A DNA stretch of 64,000 nucleotides from Oscillospiraceae bacterium (GCA_045631645.1 JAZQVC010000038.1:1856-65855), one strand, 5' to 3'; counted from the stretch's first letter, positions 47,262-56,474 are shown. The notes: generated by a model from the letters alone, not told the origin. A program made the numbers and translations.

Positions 47262-47720
47262 ATGGTATACGACAATAACAACGGCGGCGAATACGGAAAA
47301 TATTTTGTACAGAACAGTCCCGGTCCTGCTATGGACAGTGAATTTAAGGCCATATACGACCAGTTTGCAAAGCGAGTTCTCTGGATGGACGGCAATGTAT
47401 GCCCCGGCGCTTTCCAGATGAACACCGCATGGTATTTTGACGCAGCTCCCCGTGACCCCATGTTTACAGAGCATTCCCATAGCGACACCAACGAACTTGT
47501 TTGCTTCTTCTCCAGCGATCCCGAGAACCCCTATGACCTTGGCGGCAAGATTGAATTTGCAATTGAGGGCGAATCCCATCTTTTGACAAAGTCCACCATG
47601 ATTTATATCCCCGCCGGTCTCAAGCATAATCCCATGCGTATACTTGAGGTCAACCGCCCCATCTTCCACTGCTCCATCATTATGAAAGAATCTTATGACG
47701 AGGACAGTACCTACAGATAA
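47262..47720 (+). CDS. Cupin-fold protein of unknown function
   Basis: 152 aa. Cupin motif 1-like EHSHSDTNE and motif 2-like IYIPAGLKHNP. Confidence 0.55.
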   Translation: MVYDNNNGGEYGKYFVQNSPGPAMDSEFKAIYDQFAKRVLWMDGNVCPGAFQMNTAWYFDAAPRDPMFTEHSHSDTNELVCFFSSDPENPYDLGGKIEFAIEGESHLLTKSTMIYIPAGLKHNPMRILEVNRPIFHCSIIMKESYDEDSTYR

Positions 47721-47731
47721 GTTGTTAAGAT

Positions 47732-47768
47732 AAAAAAGAGAGAAGCTTTCGCTTCTCTCTCTTTTTAT
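47732..47768. terminator. Bidirectional intrinsic terminator
   Basis: gagagaagc-tttc-gcttctctc flanked by A6 and T-rich sequence. Confidence 0.85.
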
Positions 47769-48983
47769 TTACTGCTGCTTATAGGTTTCAAGGAATTTGC
47801 CCATGCGGAGCATTGCGTCATAAATAACGGGAGCTTCGGGGAGCATTACGAGGCGGAAATGATCAGGTTCAGCCCAGTCAAAGCCGCTGCCGGGGATGAA
47901 GAGAATATTTGTGCCATGGAGCACATCCATTGCAAACTGCTTATCACTGGTAATATTGAAGCGCTTTGCATCGATTTTGGGGAAGAGGTAGAATGCAGCC
48001 TGATTCTTCACATAGCTGATACCGGGAATCTGGTCAAGAGCGCGGCAGGTTGCTTCGCGCTGCTCATAAATTCTTCCGCCGGGTACCATCATAGCCTGAG
48101 TGCTTTCGTTATCGGCAAGAGCGGCAGGAATAACAAGCTGGGTGAGAGCATTGCCGCAAAGGCGCATTGCTGCTATCTTCTGGATGTTCTCGACAGCCTC
48201 ACGTCTGAAGCTTTCGGGACCAGAAACGCAAAGCCAGCCGCAACGGAAGCCGCAGATGATATGGCTCTTGGAAAGGCCGTTGAAAGTGATAACGGGCATA
48301 TCGGGAGCAAGAGCGGCGGTGGAGGAATGAGTGCGGCCGTCCATAAGAAGGCGGTCATAAATCTCATCGGAGAGAAGGAGCAGGTTGTTCTCGCGGGCAA
48401 TCTGAATCATACCCTGCAGAATCTCATCGGGATAAACTGCGCCGGTGGGGTTATTGGGGTTGATAATGAGAAGAGCCTTGGTCTTGCTGGTAATCTTGCT
48501 GCGGATGTCATCAAGGTCGGGATACCAGTTGCTTTTCTCATCGCAGATATAGAGAACGGGCTTTGCTCCTGCAATATAGGTGATATTGGTCCAGAGAGAA
48601 TAACTGGGGCTGGGGATGAGTATTTCATCGCCAATCTCGAAGAAGCTGGTGCTTACCATCTGGGCAACTTCGCTAACACCGTTGCCGATGAAAATGCAAT
48701 CGGGATCAGTGGTGTGAATTCCTTTACCAACATGGTAGTTATAAATTGCGCGGCGAGCTTCAGGCATACCCTTGAGGTCGCAGTAAGCAACTGCCTTATC
48801 AGCGTTTTCAATAAGGGCATTACGAACGCTATCAGGCATTTTGAAGCCAAAGGTGGCGGGGTTGCCGGTATTGAGCTTGAGGACATCTATGCCCTGAGCG
48901 GACATTCTGTTAGCCTCTACAAAGATAGGGCCGCGTATATCGGAATGGACATCAGTCATTCTTTCAGCAATTTTTATATTCAT
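47769..48983 (-). CDS. Class I/II PLP-dependent aminotransferase (AlaA/aspartate aminotransferase-like)
   Basis: 404 aa with NPNNPTGAVY and the SKSHIICGFRCGW PLP-Lys motif. Confidence 0.9.
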   Translation of the reverse strand: MNIKIAERMTDVHSDIRGPIFVEANRMSAQGIDVLKLNTGNPATFGFKMPDSVRNALIENADKAVAYCDLKGMPEARRAIYNYHVGKGIHTTDPDCIFIGNGVSEVAQMVSTSFFEIGDEILIPSPSYSLWTNITYIAGAKPVLYICDEKSNWYPDLDDIRSKITSKTKALLIINPNNPTGAVYPDEILQGMIQIARENNLLLLSDEIYDRLLMDGRTHSSTAALAPDMPVITFNGLSKSHIICGFRCGWLCVSGPESFRREAVENIQKIAAMRLCGNALTQLVIPAALADNESTQAMMVPGGRIYEQREATCRALDQIPGISYVKNQAAFYLFPKIDAKRFNITSDKQFAMDVLHGTNILFIPGSGFDWAEPDHFRLVMLPEAPVIYDAMLRMGKFLETYKQQ

Positions 48984-49175
48984 TGCGCATTACTCCTATT
49001 ATACAGTCTAAACGGAAGTATATCACAGATATTTGAAAAATCCACAACAATTTACATTAGAAATAAAATTTCTGTTAAATAGTCAAGTCTTCTCCCCCCT
49101 GCCCGCAGCCTTTTGTTGACTATAACCGCAATTTAGTTTAGAATAATTAAACAAAATATTTTTCGGGAGAAGAAT

Positions 49176-50183
49176 ATGGATTACAGAAGCAATGCTCCTA
49201 AAATTCTCCGTGATTTTCTGATATATCACGAGACTATAAAGGGTCACTCCAAAAACACAGTTGATGAATATTATTTGGATCTGCGAACATTTTTCAGATA
49301 CCTTAAACTCAGCCGTGGACTTGTTGACCGCAAAACCGACATTGAGGATATTGACATCCGCGATGTCGATCTTGCTTTTGTTAAAGATGTAAGCCTTACA
49401 GAAGTATACGAATACCTTTCCTATCTCAGCCGCGACAGAGTTCGCAACCAGCGCAGTCGCGATGCAGAATTCGGCATCTCCGCCGCCTCCAGAGCGAGGA
49501 AAATTGCTTCAATAAAAAGCTTCTACAAATACCTCACCGTTAAAGCAAAGCTCATCGATGTAAATCCCGTTCAGGACCTTGATTCTCCAAAGCTTCCGAA
49601 AACCCTGCCCAAATATCTCAGCCTTGAGGAAAGCCAGCGACTTCTCTCGGCTATTGACGGCAAAAACAAGACTCGCGATTACTGCATTATCTGCATTTTC
49701 CTCAACTGCGGTCTTCGAATAAGTGAGATTATAGGACTAAATCTCTCCGATATAAGAGTTGATAATCTCCGCGTCATAGGAAAGGGCTCAAAAGAACGCG
49801 TTGTTTACCTCAATGATGCCACTGCCGCTGCCCTCAACGACTATCTCAAGGAAAGAAAGGATATTGCCGCCATTGACCGCAATGCCCTTTTCCTCTCCAA
49901 CCGCCGCGTGAGAATGAGCCGCGAATCCGTCCATTCCATGGTGAAAAAAAGCCTGCTCAAAGCAGGTCTGGACAGCAGCAAATACTCAAGCCACAAGCTT
50001 CGTCACACCGCAGCAACACTTATGCTTCAAAACGGTGTTGATGTCCGCACTTTGCAAGAGCTTTTGGGGCACGAGCATCTTAATACCACCCAGATATACA
50101 CCCACGTGGATAACTCCCAGCTTCGCAGCGCTGCCACCGCAAATCCCTTGGGCAGCTTCAATCCCAATAAGGAGGAAAACTAA
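49176..50183 (+). CDS. Tyrosine recombinase, XerC/XerD-like
   Basis: N-terminal SAM-like core-binding domain. C-terminal R...HKLRHTAAT...LLGHEHLNTTQIYTHV with the catalytic Tyr. Confidence 0.85.
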   Translation: MDYRSNAPKILRDFLIYHETIKGHSKNTVDEYYLDLRTFFRYLKLSRGLVDRKTDIEDIDIRDVDLAFVKDVSLTEVYEYLSYLSRDRVRNQRSRDAEFGISAASRARKIASIKSFYKYLTVKAKLIDVNPVQDLDSPKLPKTLPKYLSLEESQRLLSAIDGKNKTRDYCIICIFLNCGLRISEIIGLNLSDIRVDNLRVIGKGSKERVVYLNDATAAALNDYLKERKDIAAIDRNALFLSNRRVRMSRESVHSMVKKSLLKAGLDSSKYSSHKLRHTAATLMLQNGVDVRTLQELLGHEHLNTTQIYTHVDNSQLRSAATANPLGSFNPNKEEN

Positions 50184-50186
50184 AGC

Positions 50187-51584
50187 ATGGTATTTTCAAG
50201 CCTGCTGTTTATGTTCATATATCTTGTAGTCGTACTTGCCGTATACTACATTGCCCCTTTGAAATGGCGTAATCTTTGGCTTTTCATAGTCAACCTTGTT
50301 TTCTACGCATGGGGCGAACCTTTCTATGTTCTTTTGATGCTCTTCTCCATCTGCATCAACTACGCAAGCGGTTTTCTCGTTGACAAATACCGCACCGATA
50401 ATCAGGCAAAGGCTAAAAAGGTTCTTGCCGTCAATGTTGTTATCAACCTTGCACTTCTTGGATTTTTCAAGTATTACGATCTTTTTGCCTCCACCCTCAG
50501 CCTCATTCCCGGTGTTAATATTCCCACGCTCGGTCTTACTCTGCCCATCGGCATAAGCTTCTACACCTTCCAGACCATGAGCTACCCCATAGATATATAC
50601 CGCGGAGATGCAAAGCTTCAGCGCAACTTTATCTCATTCGGAACCTTTGTTGCTCTCTTCCCTCAGCTTATTGCAGGTCCCATTGTCCGATATAAGGACA
50701 TTGCCGACCAGCTAGGCTTTCGTGCAAGCAGTATTGACCAGTTCGCAAACGGTGTCCGCCGTTTCTGCGTTGGTCTTGCCAAAAAGGTTCTCATCGCAAA
50801 CAACATAGGTATGCTTTGGGATATTTACAGCGCCCAGTCAAGCGCTGAAATGACCGTTGTTGGCGCATGGATGGGTATTATCGCCTTCTCATTGCAGCTT
50901 TATTTCGACTTCTCTGCTTACAGCGATATGGCCATAGGTCTCGGCAGAATGATAGGCTTTGAGTTCCTGGAAAACTTCAACTATCCCTACATATCCAAGT
51001 CTGTTACCGAATTCTGGCGCCGCTGGCACATCAGCCTTGGCACATGGTTCAAAGACTATGTATACATTCCTCTCGGCGGCAACCGCTGCAGCAAAAGGAG
51101 ACAGTTTTTCAATATTCTTGTTGTCTGGGCTCTCACCGGCTTCTGGCACGGAGCAAACTGGACTTTCCTCTGCTGGGGTCTTTATTACGCCATCTTCCTT
51201 ATGATTGAAAAGGCCTTCCTCCTCAAAAAGCTGGAGAAAGTTCCCTTCATCGGTCATATTTACACTATTATAGTTGCAGTTTGCGGCTGGGTACTTTTCG
51301 ACCTTCCCTCTCTCAGCGCAGCGGCAGACTACTACACAAGCATGTTTGGCTTTGCTCAGGGCGGATTTATAAGCGCTACCGATCTTTTCTACCTCAAAAA
51401 CTTCGGTCTTATGCTTGTTATCACCATTATAGCCGCACTTCCCCTCGGCAAAAACCTCTACAACGCGCTTCCTAACAAGGTAAAAAGTATCGTCACGCCC
51501 ATTTTGATTGTTCTTTCCCTTGTTATTTCCACCGCTTATCTGGTTGACGCCAGCTATAACCCCTTCCTCTATTTCAGATTCTAA
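50187..51584 (+). CDS. MBOAT-family membrane O-acyltransferase (AlgI/DltB-like)
   Basis: 465 aa, polytopic, with RRWHISLGTWFKDYVYIPLGG and the conserved-His segment FWHGANW. Confidence 0.9.
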   Translation: MVFSSLLFMFIYLVVVLAVYYIAPLKWRNLWLFIVNLVFYAWGEPFYVLLMLFSICINYASGFLVDKYRTDNQAKAKKVLAVNVVINLALLGFFKYYDLFASTLSLIPGVNIPTLGLTLPIGISFYTFQTMSYPIDIYRGDAKLQRNFISFGTFVALFPQLIAGPIVRYKDIADQLGFRASSIDQFANGVRRFCVGLAKKVLIANNIGMLWDIYSAQSSAEMTVVGAWMGIIAFSLQLYFDFSAYSDMAIGLGRMIGFEFLENFNYPYISKSVTEFWRRWHISLGTWFKDYVYIPLGGNRCSKRRQFFNILVVWALTGFWHGANWTFLCWGLYYAIFLMIEKAFLLKKLEKVPFIGHIYTIIVAVCGWVLFDLPSLSAAADYYTSMFGFAQGGFISATDLFYLKNFGLMLVITIIAALPLGKNLYNALPNKVKSIVTPILIVLSLVISTAYLVDASYNPFLYFRF

Positions 51585-51601
51585 AGAAAGGAGATGCTGA
51601 A

Positions 51602-52720
51602 ATGAGTAAAAAAGCTCTTTGGCTTCAAACCCTTATTTTTCTTTGCTTTATCGGCGTCTTCTTTATCCTGAATATTGCAATTCCCGATAAGGACTTTTCC
51701 GAAAACGAAAACCGCAAACTTCAATCCCTTCCCAAATTCACATTCGAGGATCTTTTTGAAGGTAAGTTCACAGCGGATTTTGAAGACTATGTAACCGATC
51801 AATTTGCCTTCCGCGACCGTTGGACTGCCCTCAAAGCTCGCTGCGAGCTTGCTCTCGGCAAGGATGAAAACAAAGGTATTTTCCTCTGCGATGACCAGCG
51901 TCTTATCGAAGCATTTGAAACACCGAACATGGACGATATTGACTTCAGCCTTGAATCTATCGATATGCTTGCACAGTCTTCTGAGGCAAATGTCTATTTC
52001 GCTCTTATCCCCTCAGCATCTGAGGTTTATTCCGAGCTGCTCCCCAAGGGTGCACCCAATGCAAGTCAGCTTGATATAATAAACCACGCTTACGCCAGCG
52101 TTGGAGCTGTAAACGTGGATGTTTACTCAAAGCTGATGGCTCATAAGGACGAAAATATATTCTACCGCACAGATCACCACTGGACCACCCTCGGCGCATA
52201 TTACGGCTACACTGCAATTGCAGAAGCCATGGGCTTCGAACCGGTGGATATAAACTCCTACACTGAAGAAGTTGTTAGCACTGAATTTCTTGGTACCACC
52301 TTCTCCTCCTCCGGCTTTGGATGGGTGAAACCCGAAAGCATCAGCCGCTACGTACCTCAGGGAGATATGGTAATCACCAACTATCCCAGCGGCAGTCCCA
52401 CCGAAGGAACAATGTATGACGATAGTTTCCTTGCAGTGAAGGATAAGTATTCTTATTTCTACGGCGGAAACACTCCTCTTCTTAAAATTGAAACCGGCAA
52501 GGAAGGACTTCCCTCTCTCCTCATAGTCCGCGACAGTTATATGGACTCTCTCAGTCCTTATCTTACTGAGCATTTCTCCACTATCCATATTGTTGACCTC
52601 CGTTATAACAATGCAAGTCTCAAGGGATATATAGCCCAGAACGATATTGATAACATCCTTGTCTGCTACAGCGTCCCCAACTTCAGCACAGACGGAAACA
52701 TCTTCCTTGTTGCATACTAA
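51602..52720 (+). CDS. DHHW-motif protein (AlgX/AlgJ-like extracytoplasmic partner of MBOAT)
   Basis: N-terminal TM anchor and a literal DHHW motif (YRTDHHWTTLGAYYGY). Confidence 0.8.
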   Translation: MSKKALWLQTLIFLCFIGVFFILNIAIPDKDFSENENRKLQSLPKFTFEDLFEGKFTADFEDYVTDQFAFRDRWTALKARCELALGKDENKGIFLCDDQRLIEAFETPNMDDIDFSLESIDMLAQSSEANVYFALIPSASEVYSELLPKGAPNASQLDIINHAYASVGAVNVDVYSKLMAHKDENIFYRTDHHWTTLGAYYGYTAIAEAMGFEPVDINSYTEEVVSTEFLGTTFSSSGFGWVKPESISRYVPQGDMVITNYPSGSPTEGTMYDDSFLAVKDKYSYFYGGNTPLLKIETGKEGLPSLLIVRDSYMDSLSPYLTEHFSTIHIVDLRYNNASLKGYIAQNDIDNILVCYSVPNFSTDGNIFLVAY

Positions 52721-52726
52721 AATCAA

Positions 52727-52757
52727 AGAATCCCGAAGCCAAAGCTTCGGGATTCTT
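52727..52757 (+). terminator. Intrinsic terminator
   Basis: aagaatcccgaagc-caaa-gcttcgggattctt. Confidence 0.7.
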
Positions 52758-52903
52758 TATACTATTTTAAATGATTGCATTCAGTATAAAGAATACACAA
52801 AGTGGAATGTCAAGCAAATTTCAAAATAATTATACCATATATTTATTTTTTATGTTACAATGAAGTTTAATGATTAAAAATTAAGTGTTTAGGAGAATAT
52901 AAA

Positions 52904-54496
52904 ATGATTACAGTTGAAAATTTGGGTCTGCAGTACGGCGGTCAGGTTCTTTTTAATCAGGTTGACCTCCAGTTCACCCGCGGCAATTGCTACGGCATAA
53001 TCGGTGCAAACGGAGCAGGCAAATCCACCTTCCTCAAAATTCTTTCCGGCGAGGTTGAGTCCACCAATGGACACGTATACATCGACCCCAAGGCGAGAAT
53101 GAGCGTACTGAAGCAGAATCAGGGCATGTATGACGATTATCCTGTTCTCGAAACCGTTATCATGGGCAACATGAAGCTTTATGAATGCGGTAAGGAAAAA
53201 GACGCAATTTACGAAAAAGAGGATTTTTCCGACGAAGACGGCATCCGCGCCGCAGAGCTTGAGGAGCTTTACGCAGAGCTCGGCGGTTGGGAAGCTGAAT
53301 CCGATGCAAGCAAAATTCTGCAGGGTCTTGGAATTCCCACCGAGTTCCACTATACTCAGATGGCATCTATGGATCCCCGCCAGAAGGTTAAGGTTCTTCT
53401 CGCTCAAGCTCTTTTCGGTAATCCCGATATAATCCTTCTTGACGAGCCCACCAACAACCTTGACCTTGCCAGCGTTGTTTGGCTCGAAGACTTCCTGATG
53501 GACTATGATGGCACCGTTCTGGTTGTCAGCCATGACCGCTACTTCCTCAACAATGTCTGCACCCATATCGTTGACATCGACTACGGCAAAATCAAGATGT
53601 ATGTCGGTAACTACGACTTCTGGTATGAGTCCAGCCAGCTGATTCAGAAGCTTATTAAGGATCAGAACAAAAAGGCTCAGCAGAAAATTGAGGAACTGCA
53701 GAACTTCATTGCTCGCTTCTCTGCAAACAAGAGTAAATCCCGTCAGGCAACCAGCCGCAGAAAGCTCATTGACAAAATCAGCGTTGAAGAACTTCCTGCC
53801 TCCTCCCGTCGCTATCCCTGGGTTGGTTTCAAGGCAGAACGCGAGCCCGGCAAAGACAGACTTTTTGTTGAGGGTATCAGCAAAACCGTTGACGGAGTGA
53901 AGGTTCTCAATAATGTCTCCTTCATTATGGGTAAGGAAGACAAAATTGCCATCATAGGCTCCAATGAGATCGCCATCACCACTCTCTTCAAAATTCTTGC
54001 AGGAGAAATTGAGCCCGACGAAGGCACCGTTAAATGGGGCGTTTCCACCACCCAGAGTTATTTCCCCAAAGATCATGAACATCTTTTCGCCGGTTGCGAG
54101 TACAACCTCATCGATTGGATGCGTCAGTTCTCCGTTGATAAGCGCGAAAGCTATCTGCGTACCTTCCTGGGCCGTATGCTCTTCTCCGGCGACGAGGTTT
54201 ACAAGAATGTAAGCGTTCTCTCCGGTGGTGAGAAGGTTCGCTGCATGCTCAGCAAGATTATGCTTGAAGGCAGCAGCGTACTTATGTTCGACCAGCCCAC
54301 CAACCATCTTGACCTTGAAAGCGTTCAGGCTCTCAACAACGGTATGGATGCCTTCCCCTTTAACATTATTTTCACCAGCCACGACCATCAGCTTACTCAG
54401 ACCGTAGCTAACCGCATTATTGAAATAACCCCCGACGGCATCATCGACAGAATGATGAGCTACGATGATTATATGAATCTCTACAAAGCAGAATAA
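52904..54496 (+). CDS. ABC-F family ATPase (two NBDs, no TM domain)
   Basis: GANGAGKST and a second NBD, LSGGEK signatures and an inter-domain linker. 530 aa. Confidence 0.9.
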   Translation: MITVENLGLQYGGQVLFNQVDLQFTRGNCYGIIGANGAGKSTFLKILSGEVESTNGHVYIDPKARMSVLKQNQGMYDDYPVLETVIMGNMKLYECGKEKDAIYEKEDFSDEDGIRAAELEELYAELGGWEAESDASKILQGLGIPTEFHYTQMASMDPRQKVKVLLAQALFGNPDIILLDEPTNNLDLASVVWLEDFLMDYDGTVLVVSHDRYFLNNVCTHIVDIDYGKIKMYVGNYDFWYESSQLIQKLIKDQNKKAQQKIEELQNFIARFSANKSKSRQATSRRKLIDKISVEELPASSRRYPWVGFKAEREPGKDRLFVEGISKTVDGVKVLNNVSFIMGKEDKIAIIGSNEIAITTLFKILAGEIEPDEGTVKWGVSTTQSYFPKDHEHLFAGCEYNLIDWMRQFSVDKRESYLRTFLGRMLFSGDEVYKNVSVLSGGEKVRCMLSKIMLEGSSVLMFDQPTNHLDLESVQALNNGMDAFPFNIIFTSHDHQLTQTVANRIIEITPDGIIDRMMSYDDYMNLYKAE

Positions 54497-54500
54497 AGAT

Positions 54501-54542
54501 AAAAACCCGATATACCTTCGATAAAGGTATATCGGTTTTTTT
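54501..54542. terminator. Bidirectional intrinsic terminator
   Basis: cccgatatacctt-cgata-aaggtatatcgg flanked by A5 and T7. Confidence 0.85.
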
Positions 54543-55675
54543 CAAAACTTTCCTTTTGCTCTGAAAGCGCGAAGAGAATTCAATGTGAGAAGAATTGCTA
54601 TGCCGCTGTCAGCAAAAACAGCAAACCAGAGAGAGCTGATTCCAAACGCTCCGAGGATTATAACAACAAGTTTCAGCAAAACTGTTGCAATAATATTTTC
54701 AATGGCAATTCGTCTTGCCTTGGTGGATATTTGATGGGCAATGGCAAATCTTTCCTCGCCGCCAATCACAACAAGGTCAGCAGCCAGTTCCCTTTTTTCA
54801 TACTCATCAAGGAAAACAATGCTCTCCCCATGTCTGGAACTGTTTCGAGGACTGAGTTTATCTGTTGCGACGCGGTCAATAACGCTTGGGCCATGGAAGA
54901 AAACACCTCTTCCGGCGGCAGCTGCTATACCTGCAAAGTAAGCCATAGGAACGGAAATGACAACCGCGCAGGGGCAAGCCAGAACAAGGAAGGTCAGCGC
55001 TCTGCAAACTCCATCGCGGAGTGAGGTTTCCCCAAGAAGAGGAAGGGCTACAGCAATCAAGACAGCGCAGGCAAGAACAATGGGGGTATATATCTTTGCA
55101 AAGCGGGTTATAAAACGCTCACTTTTTGCCTTTTCCTGCCCTATGGGCGCATAAGAGCCGGTGACAGACGCGATTTTCCGTCTGCTATGGCGTATAGCGC
55201 AATCCTGAAATGTTTCTCCAACGCGATAAAGGAACATTACCGCGGCAGCTTCATGATAATTGCCGATTATGAATGCAGCAGCCGCTGCAACACTCATGAG
55301 AATATATTCGTTAAAATATTTTCCCTTGAAAAGATTTTTTACTGCAGAAATAAGAACATCATATCCTGCTATGATGGTAACAGCCGCAAAGAGAATTATC
55401 TCAATTACTGCATTATCATGGAGAAATCCCTCAAAAATCCAGTGGCTGAAGAAAAGAATTGCAGAGACAATAAGTCTTGCGACCATCATCTTATCTACTC
55501 CGTGATGATGCTGTATTTCATGATGGTGGCAGCAGCAGGTGCCGTCATCATGGTGGTGATGAGCATGTCCCTCGCCGTCACATTCCTCCGCGTGGCTATG
55601 ATGAGTGTGCTCATGCTCGTGCTTATATTCATTTTCATGTTCATGACTATGATGGTGTTTATGCAAATTTATCAC
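54542..55675 (-). CDS. P1B-type heavy-metal ATPase homolog lacking the A, P and N domains (membrane core plus His-rich N-terminus)
   Basis: 377 aa. His-rich tail (HKHHHSHEHENEYKHEHEHTHHSH...HAHHHH...CCCHHH). P1B membrane motifs are kept: LMSVAAAAAFIIGNYHEAAAVMFLYRVGE, FAKIYTP, LACPCAVVISVP, ADLVV..., NSLRA. TGES, DKTGT and GDGxNDxP are absent. Confidence 0.75.
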   Translation of the reverse strand: MINLHKHHHSHEHENEYKHEHEHTHHSHAEECDGEGHAHHHHDDGTCCCHHHEIQHHHGVDKMMVARLIVSAILFFSHWIFEGFLHDNAVIEIILFAAVTIIAGYDVLISAVKNLFKGKYFNEYILMSVAAAAAFIIGNYHEAAAVMFLYRVGETFQDCAIRHSRRKIASVTGSYAPIGQEKAKSERFITRFAKIYTPIVLACAVLIAVALPLLGETSLRDGVCRALTFLVLACPCAVVISVPMAYFAGIAAAAGRGVFFHGPSVIDRVATDKLSPRNSSRHGESIVFLDEYEKRELAADLVVIGGEERFAIAHQISTKARRIAIENIIATVLLKLVVIILGAFGISSLWFAVFADSGIAILLTLNSLRAFRAKGKF

Positions 55676-55728
55676 CTCAACAAAAAAGACAATTCATCCC
55701 CGCAAAAAGCTGCGGGGATGAAATAATG

Positions 55729-56325
55729 TTACTTCTTCAAAACCTCACAGAGAAGACTGATATGATTTTCCATTCTGCGTGTTATATCAAAATCGGCTCC
55801 ATGTATACACCAGTTATAACATACGCCTCTGAATATATCAAAAATATATTCAACAATTTGTTTTGATTTTATGTCAGTCTTCAATTCTCCCGCTTTCTTT
55901 CCCTCTTCGATCACATCATAGATCAGGTACTGCATCGGGCGGGCAAGGGCAAACCATTCATTGGTCGGATGGAAAAGAACTCTCATAACATCTATGCCCG
56001 TCTGCACATTCAGCTGGGCATAATGATACGCAAATATATGAAGCTTTTCTATGGAAGTTTTTCCTGCGAATTCGCTTTCAACGGCATCATGTATGTACTT
56101 ATCGCCGTGTTCATATATGCTTTTAAGTATATCAATTTTGGACTTGTAGCAGTTATAGAAAGTGCCGATAGGAATATTGGCCTCAGCGCAAATATCACGT
56201 ACGGTGGTACCCTGAAAACCCTTTTCGCTCATAAGCTGCATTGCTTTATCGAAAATAATCTTCTGGGTTTCAGAGGTCTTTCTATATGCTCTTTTTGTCT
56301 TTTCATTCATGACGTTTTTTTCCAT
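55729..56325 (-). CDS. TetR/AcrR-family transcriptional regulator
   Basis: N-terminal HTH (FDKAMQLMSEKGFQGTTVRDICAEANIPIGTFYNCYKSK). Start at MEKNV, 7 nt after GGAG. Confidence 0.85.
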   Translation of the reverse strand: MEKNVMNEKTKRAYRKTSETQKIIFDKAMQLMSEKGFQGTTVRDICAEANIPIGTFYNCYKSKIDILKSIYEHGDKYIHDAVESEFAGKTSIEKLHIFAYHYAQLNVQTGIDVMRVLFHPTNEWFALARPMQYLIYDVIEEGKKAGELKTDIKSKQIVEYIFDIFRGVCYNWCIHGADFDITRRMENHISLLCEVLKK

Positions 56326-56397
56326 TACCATACTCCGGAATAAAAATAACAAAAGATATAAAAAGACCTTTTACACTTTAACGGTAAAAGGTCTTTT

Positions 56398-56474
56398 TGG
56401 CACCCTCGACTGGATTCGAACCAGCGGCACATGGCGTCGGAGGCCATTGCTCTATCCATCTGAGCTACGAGGGC
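56398..56474 (-). tRNA. tRNA-Arg (anticodon CCG), CCA encoded
   Basis: Minus strand GCCCTCGTAGCTCAGATGGATAGAGCAATGGCCTCCGACGCCATGTGCCGCTGGTTCGAATCCAGTCGAGGGTGCCA. Anticodon loop CTCCGAC. A hairpin at 56362-56397 lies downstream. Confidence 0.9.

Noticed and set aside
47123-47669. Minus-strand ORFs (122 aa and 137 aa) between the tRNA-Gly and the aminotransferase.
   Set aside because: They overlap the plus-strand cupin gene, which has an SD, a cupin motif pair and a terminator. Neither has features of its own.
52889-54388. 499-aa minus-strand ORF opposite the ABC-F gene. Comparable antisense ORFs lie at 58951-60246, 33531-34670, 47859-49082, 29071-30012, 41464-42561, 5873-6925, 3630-4634 and 38403-39287.
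   Set aside because: Every one lies antisense to a gene with clear family signatures, and none shows motifs or translation signals of its own.
54542-55675. Dismissing the short P-type ATPase homolog as a plain pseudogene.
   Set aside because: I did not dismiss it. The frame is intact over 377 codons, both domain losses are in frame at loop boundaries, and the start, SD context and terminator are preserved. It is kept as a finding, with the pseudogene explanation listed as the refuting outcome.
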